Source: Anaeromyxobacteraceae bacterium
GTDB taxonomy: Bacteria > Myxococcota > Myxococcia > Myxococcales > Anaeromyxobacteraceae
DNA length: 64,000 bases
Assembly (NCBI GenBank): GCA_032654565.1
Contig: JAULAX010000014.1
Coordinates: 32,001 to 96,000 of the forward strand
Reading direction: 5' to 3'
Shown here in pieces: positions 9,114-18,482 of this stretch; the stretch's first letter is position 1, and the number at the start of each line of letters is the position of its first letter. Under the pieces are notes generated by a model. It was not told the origin of the DNA and searched no databases. It saw only the letters and a list, made by a program, of their open reading frames with translations. Made by a program: the position numbers and the translations under genes.

Positions 9114-10376
9114 CTACCCGACCACCAGCAGCGCGTAGTTCCGCTTCCCCTTCTGCAGCAGCAGGTAGCGGCCGGCCTGCAGGTCGGCCTCGGTGAGCTT
9201 GCGCTCGGCGTCGGCGATCGGCGCGCCGTTGAGCGAGAAGCCCTTCCCCTGGATGCCGCGCTTGGCGTCGCCGCGCGAGGAGGCCAGCCCGACCTTGACC
9301 AGGGCGTCGGCGGCGGCCAGCGCGCCGAGCTCGGCGCGGGGCAGCTCGGCGGCCGGGATCTCGCTGCGCAGCACCTCGAAGACCTCGGCGCCGGCGGCCT
9401 TGAGATCGGTGCCGCCGAAGAGCAGCCGGCTGGCCGCCAGCACGCCCTGCAGGGTGGCCTCGCCGTGGACGCGCGCCGTCATCTCCTCGGCCAGGGCCCG
9501 CTGCGCCGACCGCTTGCCCGGGTCGGCGGCCTGGCTCGCCAGCAGCGCCTCGAGCTCGGGCAGCGGCCGGAAGGAGAAGAACCGGAGCACCTTGCCCACG
9601 TCGGCGTCCTCGGTGTTGAGCCAGAACTGGAAGAACTTGTACGGGGTGGTCTTCTGCGGGTCGAGCCAGACCGCCCCCTCCTCGGTCTTGCCGAACTTGG
9701 CCCCCGAGGCGGTGGTGAGCAGCGGCACCACCAGGCCGTGGACGCCCTTCCCCTCCTTGCGGGAGATGAGCTCGGCGCCGGCGGTGATGTTGCCCCACTG
9801 GTCGCTGCCGCCCATCTGCAGCTCGCAGCGGTCGGCCTTCCAGAGGTGCCAGAAGTCGTAGGACTGGACCAGCATGTAGGTGAACTCGGTGAAGGAGATG
9901 CCCGCCTCCATGCGGTTCTTCACCGAGTCCTTGCCCAGCATGTAGTTGACGGTGAAGTGCTTGCCGACGTCGCGGAGGAACTCCATCAGCCCGAGCGGCC
10001 GCAGCCAGTCGGCGTTGTTGCGCACCAGCGCGGCGTTGGGGCCGTCGAAGCGGAGGAACCTCTCCAGCTGGGCCCGCACGCAGGCCACGTTGTGGTCGAT
10101 CTCGGCGACGGTGAGCACCGGCCGCTCGCTGCGCTTGCCGGAGGGATCGCCGACCATGCCGGTGCCGCCGCCCACCACCATGATGGGCGTGCCGCCGGTC
10201 CGCTGCAGCCAGGCCAGGGCCATCACCGGCAGCAGGTGGCCGACGTGGAGCGAGTCGGCGGTGGGGTCGAAGCCGACGTAGCCGGTGACCGGCCCCTGCT
10301 CGAGCCGCTCCTTCAGGCCGGGGGTGGTCTCGGAGATCAGGCCGCGGGGCGTCAGCTCGTCGATCAGCGTGGGCAT
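9114..10376 (-). CDS. tyrS: Tyrosine--tRNA ligase
   Basis: [31 protein letters not shown] and a C-terminal S4-like domain. Confidence 0.97.
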   Translation of the reverse strand: MPTLIDELTPRGLISETTPGLKERLEQGPVTGYVGFDPTADSLHVGHLLPVMALAWLQRTGGTPIMVVGGGTGMVGDPSGKRSERPVLTVAEIDHNVACVRAQLERFLRFDGPNAALVRNNADWLRPLGLMEFLRDVGKHFTVNYMLGKDSVKNRMEAGISFTEFTYMLVQSYDFWHLWKADRCELQMGGSDQWGNITAGAELISRKEGKGVHGLVVPLLTTASGAKFGKTEEGAVWLDPQKTTPYKFFQFWLNTEDADVGKVLRFFSFRPLPELEALLASQAADPGKRSAQRALAEEMTARVHGEATLQGVLAASRLLFGGTDLKAAGAEVFEVLRSEIPAAELPRAELGALAAADALVKVGLASSRGDAKRGIQGKGFSLNGAPIADAERKLTEADLQAGRYLLLQKGKRNYALLVVG

Positions 10377-10506
10377 GGCGGGCGGCAGTGTAGTCGAGGG
10401 GCGGGCCGATCAGAAGTGGCGAGCCGCGGCGGCGGGAGGCAGCGAGCCGCCACGCCAACTCCGATCTCCTGGTGCCATGGGCGCTCGTGGTCGCGCCGCT
10501 ACGATC

Positions 10507-11829
10507 TCAGCCGGCATATCGATCCACGCACCGCTCGCCGAACATCTCCCGCGCCGCGAGCCTGTTGTGCGCGGCGCAGGTGAGGCGCAGGTTGGCCTCC
10601 GTCGAGTCGCCCCACCTCGCCCAGGGCACGACGTGATCGAGCTCCAGCCGGTGCGTCGAGCCGCAGCGGCCGCCACCGTCGAGCGGCCAGGAGCAGCGGC
10701 CGCCATCGCGCTCCCAGACGGCGCGGCGCACGGCGGCGGGGATGGCCTCGCGAGGTCCGGTGCGGCGGTGAGGTGGTGGCTCGTTCGAAGGATCGATCGA
10801 GGGCTCGGTCAGGGGCGGCCTGGTCGGGACGAGGGCGTGCGGCGGCGTGGTCCCTGGTTGCGGCTCGGTCGGAGTGACCTGGGGCGTCTTCTCGGTGCTC
10901 GGTCGCGCCGTCGCGGCGACGATCTCCCTCACCGGCAGCGGCTCCGCCGTGGCGGCCACGCCGCGCGGCCGCTTCACCTGCCCCCGCGCCTTCGCCTGCT
11001 TCTCGAGGAGCAGGTCGACCGCCGCGTCGATCACCTGCTCCATCGTCGCGCCTGGGATGGCGTGGCCGAGGCCGACCTGAGCGGCTTCGAGCTTCTTCAG
11101 GAGCTGGCGCGAGACGGTGATGTGGAGCCGGCGCAGGTCGGCGGTGAGTGGCTCGACCTCGTCACGGGGAGTCCGCGACCGTCCGTCTCCCCCATTCGCA
11201 ACTTCTGACGTCAGAAGTTGCGTAAGAGGGACCACATCCGGGTGGGCCGGCTGCGCGGTTGCCAGGGTGAGGAGCGGTTCAGCTCGGACGGACTGCGAGG
11301 CGGCCGGCGCGGAGACCGAATTCGCCGATGGCGACTCGACCCTGGTCACCACGACCCTGGTGGCGGGGACCTGGCGAGGCTGAAGCTCGACCACCAGCTC
11401 CTGCGCCTCGCGGGCCGAAAGGCCGAAGAAGCGCGGCGCCACCTGCGACTGGTTCGCCTCGGTGAGCACCTTGGCCAGCTCCGCGGTCGTGGAGAGGCAG
11501 AGCCGCCCGTCAGCGAGCGGTCCGACCAGGCCGGGGAAGCGCTGGAGCAGCCGCGCGGCGTTCATCCGGTAGAAGGCGGAGCTGTTGGAGAGCCTCAACT
11601 CGACACGGAGGAAGGCGAACAGGCTGGCGTGCCCGAGCAGCTCCCAGCCGCGGCGGCGGTCGAAGCCGGAGAGGACGACGAGGAAGTCGGCCATCGCCGA
11701 CTGTTCGGTGCGCAGGAGGGTCTTGAGCGAGTCGCGGAGCTGCCGTGCTTCCAGGAGTTCGAGGGAGGGGGTGGCCGCTCCGTGGGTCGAAGCCGCGGCC
11801 GAGGATGGGGTCGGTTGCGCGTTGATCAT
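10507..11829 (-). CDS. HNH endonuclease with DUF222-like N-terminal region (probable mobile gene)
   Basis: C-terminal IPAAVRRAVWERDGGRC...LELDH...NLRLTCAAHN; helical N-terminus typical of myxobacterial HNH genes; codon usage differs from neighbours. Confidence 0.85.
   Translation of the reverse strand: MINAQPTPSSAAASTHGAATPSLELLEARQLRDSLKTLLRTEQSAMADFLVVLSGFDRRRGWELLGHASLFAFLRVELRLSNSSAFYRMNAARLLQRFPGLVGPLADGRLCLSTTAELAKVLTEANQSQVAPRFFGLSAREAQELVVELQPRQVPATRVVVTRVESPSANSVSAPAASQSVRAEPLLTLATAQPAHPDVVPLTQLLTSEVANGGDGRSRTPRDEVEPLTADLRRLHITVSRQLLKKLEAAQVGLGHAIPGATMEQVIDAAVDLLLEKQAKARGQVKRPRGVAATAEPLPVREIVAATARPSTEKTPQVTPTEPQPGTTPPHALVPTRPPLTEPSIDPSNEPPPHRRTGPREAIPAAVRRAVWERDGGRCSWPLDGGGRCGSTHRLELDHVVPWARWGDSTEANLRLTCAAHNRLAAREMFGERCVDRYAG
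11197..11222. repeat. Perfect 26-bp palindrome inside the HNH gene
   Basis: CGCAACTTCTGAC-GTCAGAAGTTGCG. Confidence 0.9.
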
Positions 11830-12097
11830 TCACGGAGCGTCTCATGCGGGTCTGACATTTCGAGGCTCGCCGAGACGCATGGAACCCAAGAGGGACGGAC
11901 TGTTCGTGACTCGCCGACTGGCCGGCCGATGCAACAGCCTTCGCCGCCGTCGAGGCGAGGCCCTTCGGAGCCGGCCGTGCCCTCGCGGAAGCGACCGATT
12001 CCGCGGTCCCTCGCAACGCCTCTCGGTAGTTCAACGGAGATGGCCGCAGTTCCGAGATGTTCCTCGTGTCTTGCGACGGCGCCACCAGAAACCGGCG

Positions 12098-12143
12098 CCG
12101 CCGCGATCGGGCCCCGCCGCGATCGGCCCCGCCGCGACCGGGC
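12098..12143. repeat. Three tandem 15-16 bp repeats (CCGCCGCGATCGG core)
   Basis: Read directly upstream of the ParB-like gene. Confidence 0.7.
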
Positions 12144-12191
12144 GTGCACCCCGATTGAGCACGAGTCCCACCCGCGAGCTACATTCCCCCC

Positions 12192-13169
12192 ATGGCCTCC
12201 CGCAAGCGCCCCGCCACCAAGTCCGGCACCCCCCGCGCCCGCAAGGGCGTCAAGCTCAAGCCCACCGAGCTGACCGCCAAGGACCTGCGGCTCGACGACC
12301 CGTCGCCGGAGATCAAGGCGCTGGCCGCGGCCGTCGAGGCCGACGGCGGGAGCGTGCTCGCCATCTACCGCGAGCCGCTCGGTGGCCACGCCCTGCTGCT
12401 CACCGCCCTGCCCGTCGCGAAGGTGGAGCGGACCCCGTTCCAGCGCGACGTCTCCGACCCGCACGTGCGGCGGCTCACCATCGCCATGGACAAGACCCGC
12501 CGCTACCTCGACCCCATCATCGTCACCCGCGAGGCCGACGGCCGCTACCTGACGCCCAACGGCGGCCACCGGCTCACCGCCCTGAAGGAGCTGGGCGCCA
12601 GGGCGGTGCTGGCGCTGCTGGTGCCGGAGCGCGAGGTGGCCTACCAGATCCTGGCCCTCAACATCGAGAAGGCCCACAACCTGCGCGAGAAGGCGCTGGA
12701 GGTGGCGCGCATGTACCAGGACCTGGCCGGCTCGCTCGACCCGAAGGAGACCGAGATGGAGCTCCAGTTCGAGGAGCCGGCGCTGGTGACGCTCGGCTTC
12801 GCCTACCAGGAGCGCGGCCGGCTCTCCGGTTCTGTGTACGCCCCCATCCTGCGCAAGGTGGACGGCTTCCTGGCCCAGCCGCTCTCGAAGGCGGGGGAGG
12901 AGCGGCGGCGGCGGGCCGCGGTGGTGCTCGGCTTCGACGAGGCGGTGGCCGGCGCGGTGGCGCGGCTCAAGGAGAAGGGGTTCGACTCCCCCTACCTGAA
13001 GGCCTTCGTGGTGGCGCGGGTCAACCCGCTGCGCTTCATGAAGGGCGGGGCGCCGCCCTTCGACGAGCTCTTCGCCACCATGACCAGGCGCGCCGCCGGG
13101 ATGGACGGCTCGCGCATCAAGCCGGAGGACGTGGCGCGGAGCGGCGGGGCGGCCCCCGAGGGCGACTAG
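12192..13169 (+). CDS. ParB/Srx N-terminal domain protein (orphan)
   Basis: PFQRD, DPIIV, PNGGHRLTAL and ALNIEK motifs; no parA adjacent. Confidence 0.75.
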   Translation: MASRKRPATKSGTPRARKGVKLKPTELTAKDLRLDDPSPEIKALAAAVEADGGSVLAIYREPLGGHALLLTALPVAKVERTPFQRDVSDPHVRRLTIAMDKTRRYLDPIIVTREADGRYLTPNGGHRLTALKELGARAVLALLVPEREVAYQILALNIEKAHNLREKALEVARMYQDLAGSLDPKETEMELQFEEPALVTLGFAYQERGRLSGSVYAPILRKVDGFLAQPLSKAGEERRRRAAVVLGFDEAVAGAVARLKEKGFDSPYLKAFVVARVNPLRFMKGGAPPFDELFATMTRRAAGMDGSRIKPEDVARSGGAAPEGD

Positions 13170-13828
13170 GCGGGCGTGCCAGCCCCGGGAGCGGCCTTCT
13201 TCTCGCGCCCCCGGGCGGCGATCACCGGGCCGTGCTTGTAGCCGAGCCCGACCAGGAAGCACTCGTAGCTGTGCTCGCGGGTGGCCTCCGGCCGCACGAT
13301 GTGGACCTTGTCGAAGCGGGCCTGCAGCTCCTTGCGGAACTCCGGGAAGTCGCCGCCCACGAAGATCTTGGTGACGAAGGCGCCGCCGTGCTTGAGCGTC
13401 TGCTCGGCCACCCCCAGCGCCATGCGGCAGAGCTCCAGCGAGCGGGCCTCGTCGGTCACCTTGACGCCGATGGTCTTGGGGGCCATGTCGGAGGTGACCA
13501 GATCGAAGGGGCCGGCGTGGAGCTCCTGGATCTGCGCGAGCGCCTCGGGCTTGAGCAGGTCGACCACCGCGGTCTTGACCCACGGCTTGCCGATGCGCCG
13601 GATCTCCTCGATGTCGACGCCGATGGCGATCCCCTTCTCGCCCACCACCTCGGCGAGGATCTGCAGGAAGCCGCCCGGGGCGGCGCCGAGGTCGAGCACC
13701 GCCTGCCCCTTCTTGAGCATGGGGTGGCGCTTCAGGATCTCGTCGATCTTGAAGGCCGAGCGCGCCCGGTAGCCGGCCTTCTTGGCCTGGCGGAAGTAGA
13801 AGTCCTTTGGATCGTAGGGTTTCGACAT
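13166..13828 (-). CDS. rlmE: 23S rRNA Um2552 methyltransferase (RlmE/FtsJ)
   Basis: GYRARSAFK, LDLGAAPGG, SDMAP, FVTK and SYE motifs. Confidence 0.92.
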   Translation of the reverse strand: MSKPYDPKDFYFRQAKKAGYRARSAFKIDEILKRHPMLKKGQAVLDLGAAPGGFLQILAEVVGEKGIAIGVDIEEIRRIGKPWVKTAVVDLLKPEALAQIQELHAGPFDLVTSDMAPKTIGVKVTDEARSLELCRMALGVAEQTLKHGGAFVTKIFVGGDFPEFRKELQARFDKVHIVRPEATREHSYECFLVGLGYKHGPVIAARGREKKAAPGAGTPA

Positions 13829-13994
13829 GGTTCCCCGTCCACCTTCCCGGTCGCCGCTGGTCCGCCCGGCGCGGGCATGTGGACCAATCAAGTCTCATGG
13901 TTCGCTCCTTGACTCAAGGCGAGCCCCCATCGGATAAACCGCACTCCTTCCTCAACCGACGAACGCCCGCAGGGCGGCAGAAAAGGAAACGACC

Positions 13995-14300
13995 ATGGCC
14001 ACCATCATCACCGAAGAGTGCATCAACTGCGGCGCCTGCGAGCCCGAGTGCCCCAACGGCGCCATCAGCCAGGGCGATGACATCTACATCATCGACCCGA
14101 AGCTCTGCACCGAGTGCGTCGGCTTCCACGACGAGGAGGCCTGCGCCACGGTCTGCCCGGTCGACTGCTGCGTGCAGGACCCGGCCAACATCGAGACCGA
14201 GGAGGTCCTCTACGGCCGCCTCGCCACCGTCCACGCCGGCAAGGAGTTCCCGGCCCTGGCCGCGCTGCCGGCCAACCTGTCCCGCTTCCGCAAGGCCTAG
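13995..14300 (+). CDS. 2x[4Fe-4S] ferredoxin (YfhL type)
   Basis: CINCGACEPECP and CTECVG...CATVCPVDCC; AAGGA RBS. Confidence 0.93.
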   Translation: MATIITEECINCGACEPECPNGAISQGDDIYIIDPKLCTECVGFHDEEACATVCPVDCCVQDPANIETEEVLYGRLATVHAGKEFPALAALPANLSRFRKA

Positions 14301-14322
14301 CCTCCCCCCAGCCGGGCCGTCG

Positions 14323-14354
14323 ACGCCTCGCGTGCCATGCGGCGCGCGGGGCGT
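14323..14354 (+). terminator. Stem-loop after the ferredoxin gene
   Basis: ACGCCTCGCGTGCC-ATGC-GGCGCGCGGGGCGT followed by a weak pyrimidine tail. Confidence 0.55.
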
Positions 14355-14388
14355 TCTCGTCTTATGACCCTGGGTTGGAGGAGCACCC

Positions 14389-16041
14389 GTGTCCGACATC
14401 CTGAGTGGCGGCCGCCTGGTCGCGCGCATGCTGAAGCAGGAGGGCGTCACCACCGCCTTCACCCTCTCCGGGCTGCACATCGCCCCCATCTACGCCGGCT
14501 GCGTCGAGGAGGGGATCCGGCTCATCGACACCCGCCACGAGCAGGCCGCCGCCCACGCCGCCGACGCCTGGGCCCGCCTGACCCGCGGGGTGGGGGTGGC
14601 CATCGTCACCGCCGGCCCCGGCGTCACCGACGCCGTCACCGGGGTGGCCAACGCCTTCAGCGCCGCGGTGCCGCTGGTGCTGCTGGGCGGCGCCGCCCCC
14701 ACCTTCAACCAGGGGCGCGGCGCGCTGCAGGAGATGCCCCAGCCCCAGCTCTTCGCCGGCATCACCAAGTGGGCGGACCGGGTCCCCTCGCCCGAGCTCA
14801 TCCCCAGCTACCTGGCCAAGGCCTTCCGGGTGGCGCGGGCCGGCCGCCCCGGCCCGGTCTTCCTGGAGCTGCCCTGGGACGTGCTCTCCAACGGCGCCGA
14901 GGAGTCGCTGGCCACGGCCCAGACCGGCTACCGGACCAGCGCCCGCTGCCCCGGCGACCCGGCCATGGTGAAGGCGGCGCTGGCGCTGCTGGAGCGCGCC
15001 GCCCGGCCGGTGGTGCTGGCCGGCTCCTCGATCTGGTGGGACGGGGCCTGGGACTCGCTGCGGAGCCTGGCCGAGGCCACCGGCGCGCCGGTCTACCTGA
15101 ACGGCATGGGGCGCGGCTGCCTCCCCGCCACCCACCCGTCCTTCCTCCAGCTCTCGCGCAAGGAGGCGCTCTCCCGCGCCGACGTGGTGCTGGTGGTGGG
15201 GACGCCGCTCGACTTCCGGGTCGGCTACGGCGCGCCGCCCACCTTCGCCGCCGACGCCCAGGTGATCCAGGTGGACATCGACGGCGCCGACATCGGCCGC
15301 AACCGGCCCATCGACGTGGGGATCATCGGCGACTCGCGCTCGGTGCTGGTGCAGCTGCGGGCCGGCGGGAAGCCCTGGGGCCAGCCGGGCTGGCTGGCCG
15401 AGCTGCGCGGCGTCGAGTCCGGGCGGCGCCAGCAGCAGGAGCTGTTCGAGGTGAGCGACCAGCGCCCCATCCACCACTTCCGCCTGGCCAAGGCGCTCGA
15501 CGAGGTGGCCTCGCGGGTCGGCGACGTCACCTTCGTGGGCGACGGCGGCAACGTGGTGGCGGTGGCCGCCAAGGTGCTGCGGGTGGGCGGCCCGGGGCGC
15601 TGGCTCGACCCCGGCCCGCTCGGCTGCCTCGGCGTGGGCGCGCCCTTCGCCATCGCCGCCAAGCTGCTCAACCCGGAGCGCCACGTCTGCGTGGTGCAGG
15701 GGGACGGCGCCTTCGGCCTCAACGGCATGGACTACGAGACCGCGATTCGCTTCGACCTGCCCATGGTGGTGGTGGTGGGGAACGACGCCTCCTGGGGGCA
15801 GATCGCCATCCCGCAGCGGGCCATGTACGGCGAGGACAAGTCACCGGCCACGGCGCTGCGCCCCACCCGCTACGACCAGGTGGTCAAGGCGCTGGGCGGC
15901 GACGGCGAGCACGTCGACGACCCGGCCGAGCTGGTCCCGGCGCTGACCCGGGCCTTCGCCAGCGGCACCGTCTACTGCGTCGACGTGGCCATCGATCCGC
16001 AGGCGGCGGCCGCCAGCGGCGCCGCCGGGTACGCGGTCTGA
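14389..16041 (+). CDS. ThDP-dependent enzyme (acetolactate synthase / 2-hydroxyacyl-CoA lyase family)
   Basis: DTRHEQAAAHAAD, TAGPG and GDGAFG...GND motifs. Confidence 0.88.
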   Translation: MSDILSGGRLVARMLKQEGVTTAFTLSGLHIAPIYAGCVEEGIRLIDTRHEQAAAHAADAWARLTRGVGVAIVTAGPGVTDAVTGVANAFSAAVPLVLLGGAAPTFNQGRGALQEMPQPQLFAGITKWADRVPSPELIPSYLAKAFRVARAGRPGPVFLELPWDVLSNGAEESLATAQTGYRTSARCPGDPAMVKAALALLERAARPVVLAGSSIWWDGAWDSLRSLAEATGAPVYLNGMGRGCLPATHPSFLQLSRKEALSRADVVLVVGTPLDFRVGYGAPPTFAADAQVIQVDIDGADIGRNRPIDVGIIGDSRSVLVQLRAGGKPWGQPGWLAELRGVESGRRQQQELFEVSDQRPIHHFRLAKALDEVASRVGDVTFVGDGGNVVAVAAKVLRVGGPGRWLDPGPLGCLGVGAPFAIAAKLLNPERHVCVVQGDGAFGLNGMDYETAIRFDLPMVVVVGNDASWGQIAIPQRAMYGEDKSPATALRPTRYDQVVKALGGDGEHVDDPAELVPALTRAFASGTVYCVDVAIDPQAAAASGAAGYAV

Positions 16042-16057
16042 ACGGGGGGATGCGACC

Positions 16058-16990
16058 ATGAACTTCCGCATGCTCGGCGGCAGTGACCTGAAGGTGTCCG
16101 AGATCGCCCTCGGCTCCTGGCTCACCTACGGCGGCGGGGTGGGGCGGGCCGCGGCGGAGGGCTGCCTGCGAGCGGCCTTCGACGCCGGCATCAACTTCAT
16201 CGACACCGCCAACGTCTACGCCGGGGGGGCCGCCGAGGCCTTCCTCGGCGAGGCGCTGGCCGGGGTCCCGCGCCGCAGCTACGTGCTGGCCACCAAGGTC
16301 TACTTCCCCATGCCCGACGGCGGGCGCGGGCTGTCGGCGGTGCAGATCGAGCGGCAGCTCGACGCCTCGCTGAAGCGCCTGCGCGTCGACCACGTCGATC
16401 TCTACCAGTGCCACCGCTGCGACGGCGCCACCCCGCTCGAGGAGACCCTGGCGGCGCTCGACCGGGCGGTGCGCCAGGGCAAGACCCGCTGGCTCGGCTT
16501 CTCGGAGTGGCAGGCGCCGCAGATCGCCGCGGCGCTGGCGCTGCCCTTCACCCGCTTCGTCTCGTCGCAGCCGCAGTACTCGCTGCTGTGGCGGGAGCCG
16601 GAGGCGGAGGTCTTCCCGCTCTGCGCCCGGGAGGGGATCGGCCAGATCGTCTGGTCGCCGCTGCGGCAGGGGATCCTGACCGGCAAGTACCGGCCCGGCG
16701 CCGCGCCGCCAGCCGACTCGCGGGCCGCCAGCGCCGAGATGGGCTACTTCCTCCAGGGCAAGCTGGAGGCGGCGGTGCTGGCCAGGGTGCAGCGGCTGGC
16801 CCCCATCGCCGCGGAGCTGGGGCTGACCATGGCCCAGCTGGCGCTGGCCTGGGTGCTGCGCCGGCCCGAGGTGACAAGCGCCATCATCGGCGCCACCAGC
16901 CCGGCCCAGGTGGCCGAGAACGCCGCCGCGTCGGGCGTGGTGCTGGCGCCGGAGGTGGTGGGGCGGGTCGAGGCGGCGCTGGCCGGCTGA
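16058..16990 (+). CDS. Aldo/keto reductase (Kv-beta-like)
   Basis: LGSWLTY, DTANVY, LATKV, DLYQCH and WSPL motifs. Confidence 0.92.
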   Translation: MNFRMLGGSDLKVSEIALGSWLTYGGGVGRAAAEGCLRAAFDAGINFIDTANVYAGGAAEAFLGEALAGVPRRSYVLATKVYFPMPDGGRGLSAVQIERQLDASLKRLRVDHVDLYQCHRCDGATPLEETLAALDRAVRQGKTRWLGFSEWQAPQIAAALALPFTRFVSSQPQYSLLWREPEAEVFPLCAREGIGQIVWSPLRQGILTGKYRPGAAPPADSRAASAEMGYFLQGKLEAAVLARVQRLAPIAAELGLTMAQLALAWVLRRPEVTSAIIGATSPAQVAENAAASGVVLAPEVVGRVEAALAG

Positions 16991-17043
16991 GGCGAGCCGC
17001 TCCGCCCGGCCCCTTTTCCGCCTCGTTTCGGCCCCGTTCCGGG

Positions 17044-17072
17044 TTGACCGTGGGATTCCGCGGTGCTACGTA
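17044..17072 (+). promoter_or_regulatory. Possible sigma70 promoter of tRNA-Pro
   Basis: TTGACC-17 bp-TACGTA with an upstream TG; the -10 is imperfect. Confidence 0.35.
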
Positions 17073-17090
17073 CCCCGTCCCTGCATCACC

Positions 17091-17164
<74 letters not shown>

Positions 17165-17171
17165 CTTCAGA

Positions 17172-17223
17172 AGCCCCTGTTACCATTGCGGTTTCGCCGC
17201 GGGTAACAGGGGCTGTTTTCTTT
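17172..17223 (+). terminator. Hairpin and T-tract after the tRNA/attL
   Basis: AGCCCCTGTTACC...GGTAACAGGGGCT then GTTTTCTTT. Confidence 0.8.
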
Positions 17224-17530
17224 GACCGAGCCAGTGCAGGTAATGGCGTCGGTAACGGCCTTGTCGGGGCCCTGGCCAGGGACCCCCGCAGCGCCCGTCT
17301 GAACCCGCAGCCACCTCAGACCTGCTGGCAACTCGCCGGCCGGCCGGGCGCGCTGCTTCCCGGCCGACGCGAGCAAGATTGGGCGGCCGCTGCTCGGAGA
17401 GCGAGGTCGCTGGAGTCCCGTGACGCAACACGCCAGGGATTCCCCGTGTGTTGTTCACCAGAGGTATTGCCGAGCCCTCCGCCAAACCGGATAGTGCTTT
17501 AGTTCAAACACGTCTCGACCCGGTGAACCC

Positions 17531-18472
17531 ATGGTCTTCGACGCGGTCGTGTTGGCGCTCTGCCTGGTCTCCGACGCAGGACCGGCCAAGGCGCAGCCCG
17601 AGATCCCGCTGCCGCCGCCGCCCGTCAGCGGCCATTTCAAGGCCCTCGAACGTCCAGCCGCCGGCAAGTCCAGGGTGATCCGCGTGGGCGTCCCGGAGCC
17701 CACCGTCGTCGGCGAGGTCTCCCCGCGCGAGCTGGCGGTGCTCTCCCAGGCGCTGGTCACGGAGGTCCGCAAGCTCGACGGCATCGCCGCCATCGGAGTG
17801 GCCGAGATCCGCGAGATGCTCGCGCTCGAGTACCGGCGCCAGATGCTCGGCTGCAGCCAGGACGAGAACTGCCTCGCCGAGATCGCCGGCGCCTTGGGCG
17901 TGAACGAGCTCATCTCGAGCGAGCTGGTGGTGCAGGGCAACACCTCGACCCTCTCGCTCAGTCGCATCGACATGCGGACCACAAAGGTCGTCGCCGCCGC
18001 CCAGAAGCGGCTCGCCCGGCGCAAGGCCGGCGAGGAGGTGCTCGGCGTGATCGGAGAGGTGGTGGCGACGCTCTACGAGGATCGGTCGCTCCGGGCCGGT
18101 GAGCAGCGGGGCGTGGCGCCGGAGGTGGCGCGCTGGCTCAACCCCCCACCGCTCGACCGCTGGGTCTTCTTCACCACCGCCGGCGCGGCGGCCGCGGCGG
18201 CCGCTGGCGGGGCCATCTACGCCAGCAACGCCGACAGCACGCGGAGGAGCTACAACGCCCTCGCCACCGGCGGCGGGACGGTGAGCGGTTCGGAGCTGAC
18301 GCGCCTCAGGAACCTGGCGAGCCAGCAGCAGGGGAGCGCCACCGTCTTCCTGGGCGTGGCGGGCGGGCTGGCCGTAGCGGCCGTGGTGGAGGTCTTCTTC
18401 ACCGACTGGCACGACGACCGGGCAGCGGTCCGGGTCGGGCCGGCCGGGGCCACGGTCGTGGTGAAGTTCTAG
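17531..18472 (+). CDS. Exported hypothetical protein with C-terminal hydrophobic segments
   Basis: Signal-like N-terminus; RQMLGC...CLAEIAGALG domain of a type seen in myxobacterial envelope proteins; ends ATVVVKF. Confidence 0.7.
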   Translation: MVFDAVVLALCLVSDAGPAKAQPEIPLPPPPVSGHFKALERPAAGKSRVIRVGVPEPTVVGEVSPRELAVLSQALVTEVRKLDGIAAIGVAEIREMLALEYRRQMLGCSQDENCLAEIAGALGVNELISSELVVQGNTSTLSLSRIDMRTTKVVAAAQKRLARRKAGEEVLGVIGEVVATLYEDRSLRAGEQRGVAPEVARWLNPPPLDRWVFFTTAGAAAAAAAGGAIYASNADSTRRSYNALATGGGTVSGSELTRLRNLASQQQGSATVFLGVAGGLAVAAVVEVFFTDWHDDRAAVRVGPAGATVVVKF

Positions 18473-18482
18473 GAGGAAGCCG

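Noticed and set aside
17165..17530. Integrase remnant next to the tRNA
   Set aside because: No HxLRH or catalytic Tyr motif recognisable in the listed ORFs
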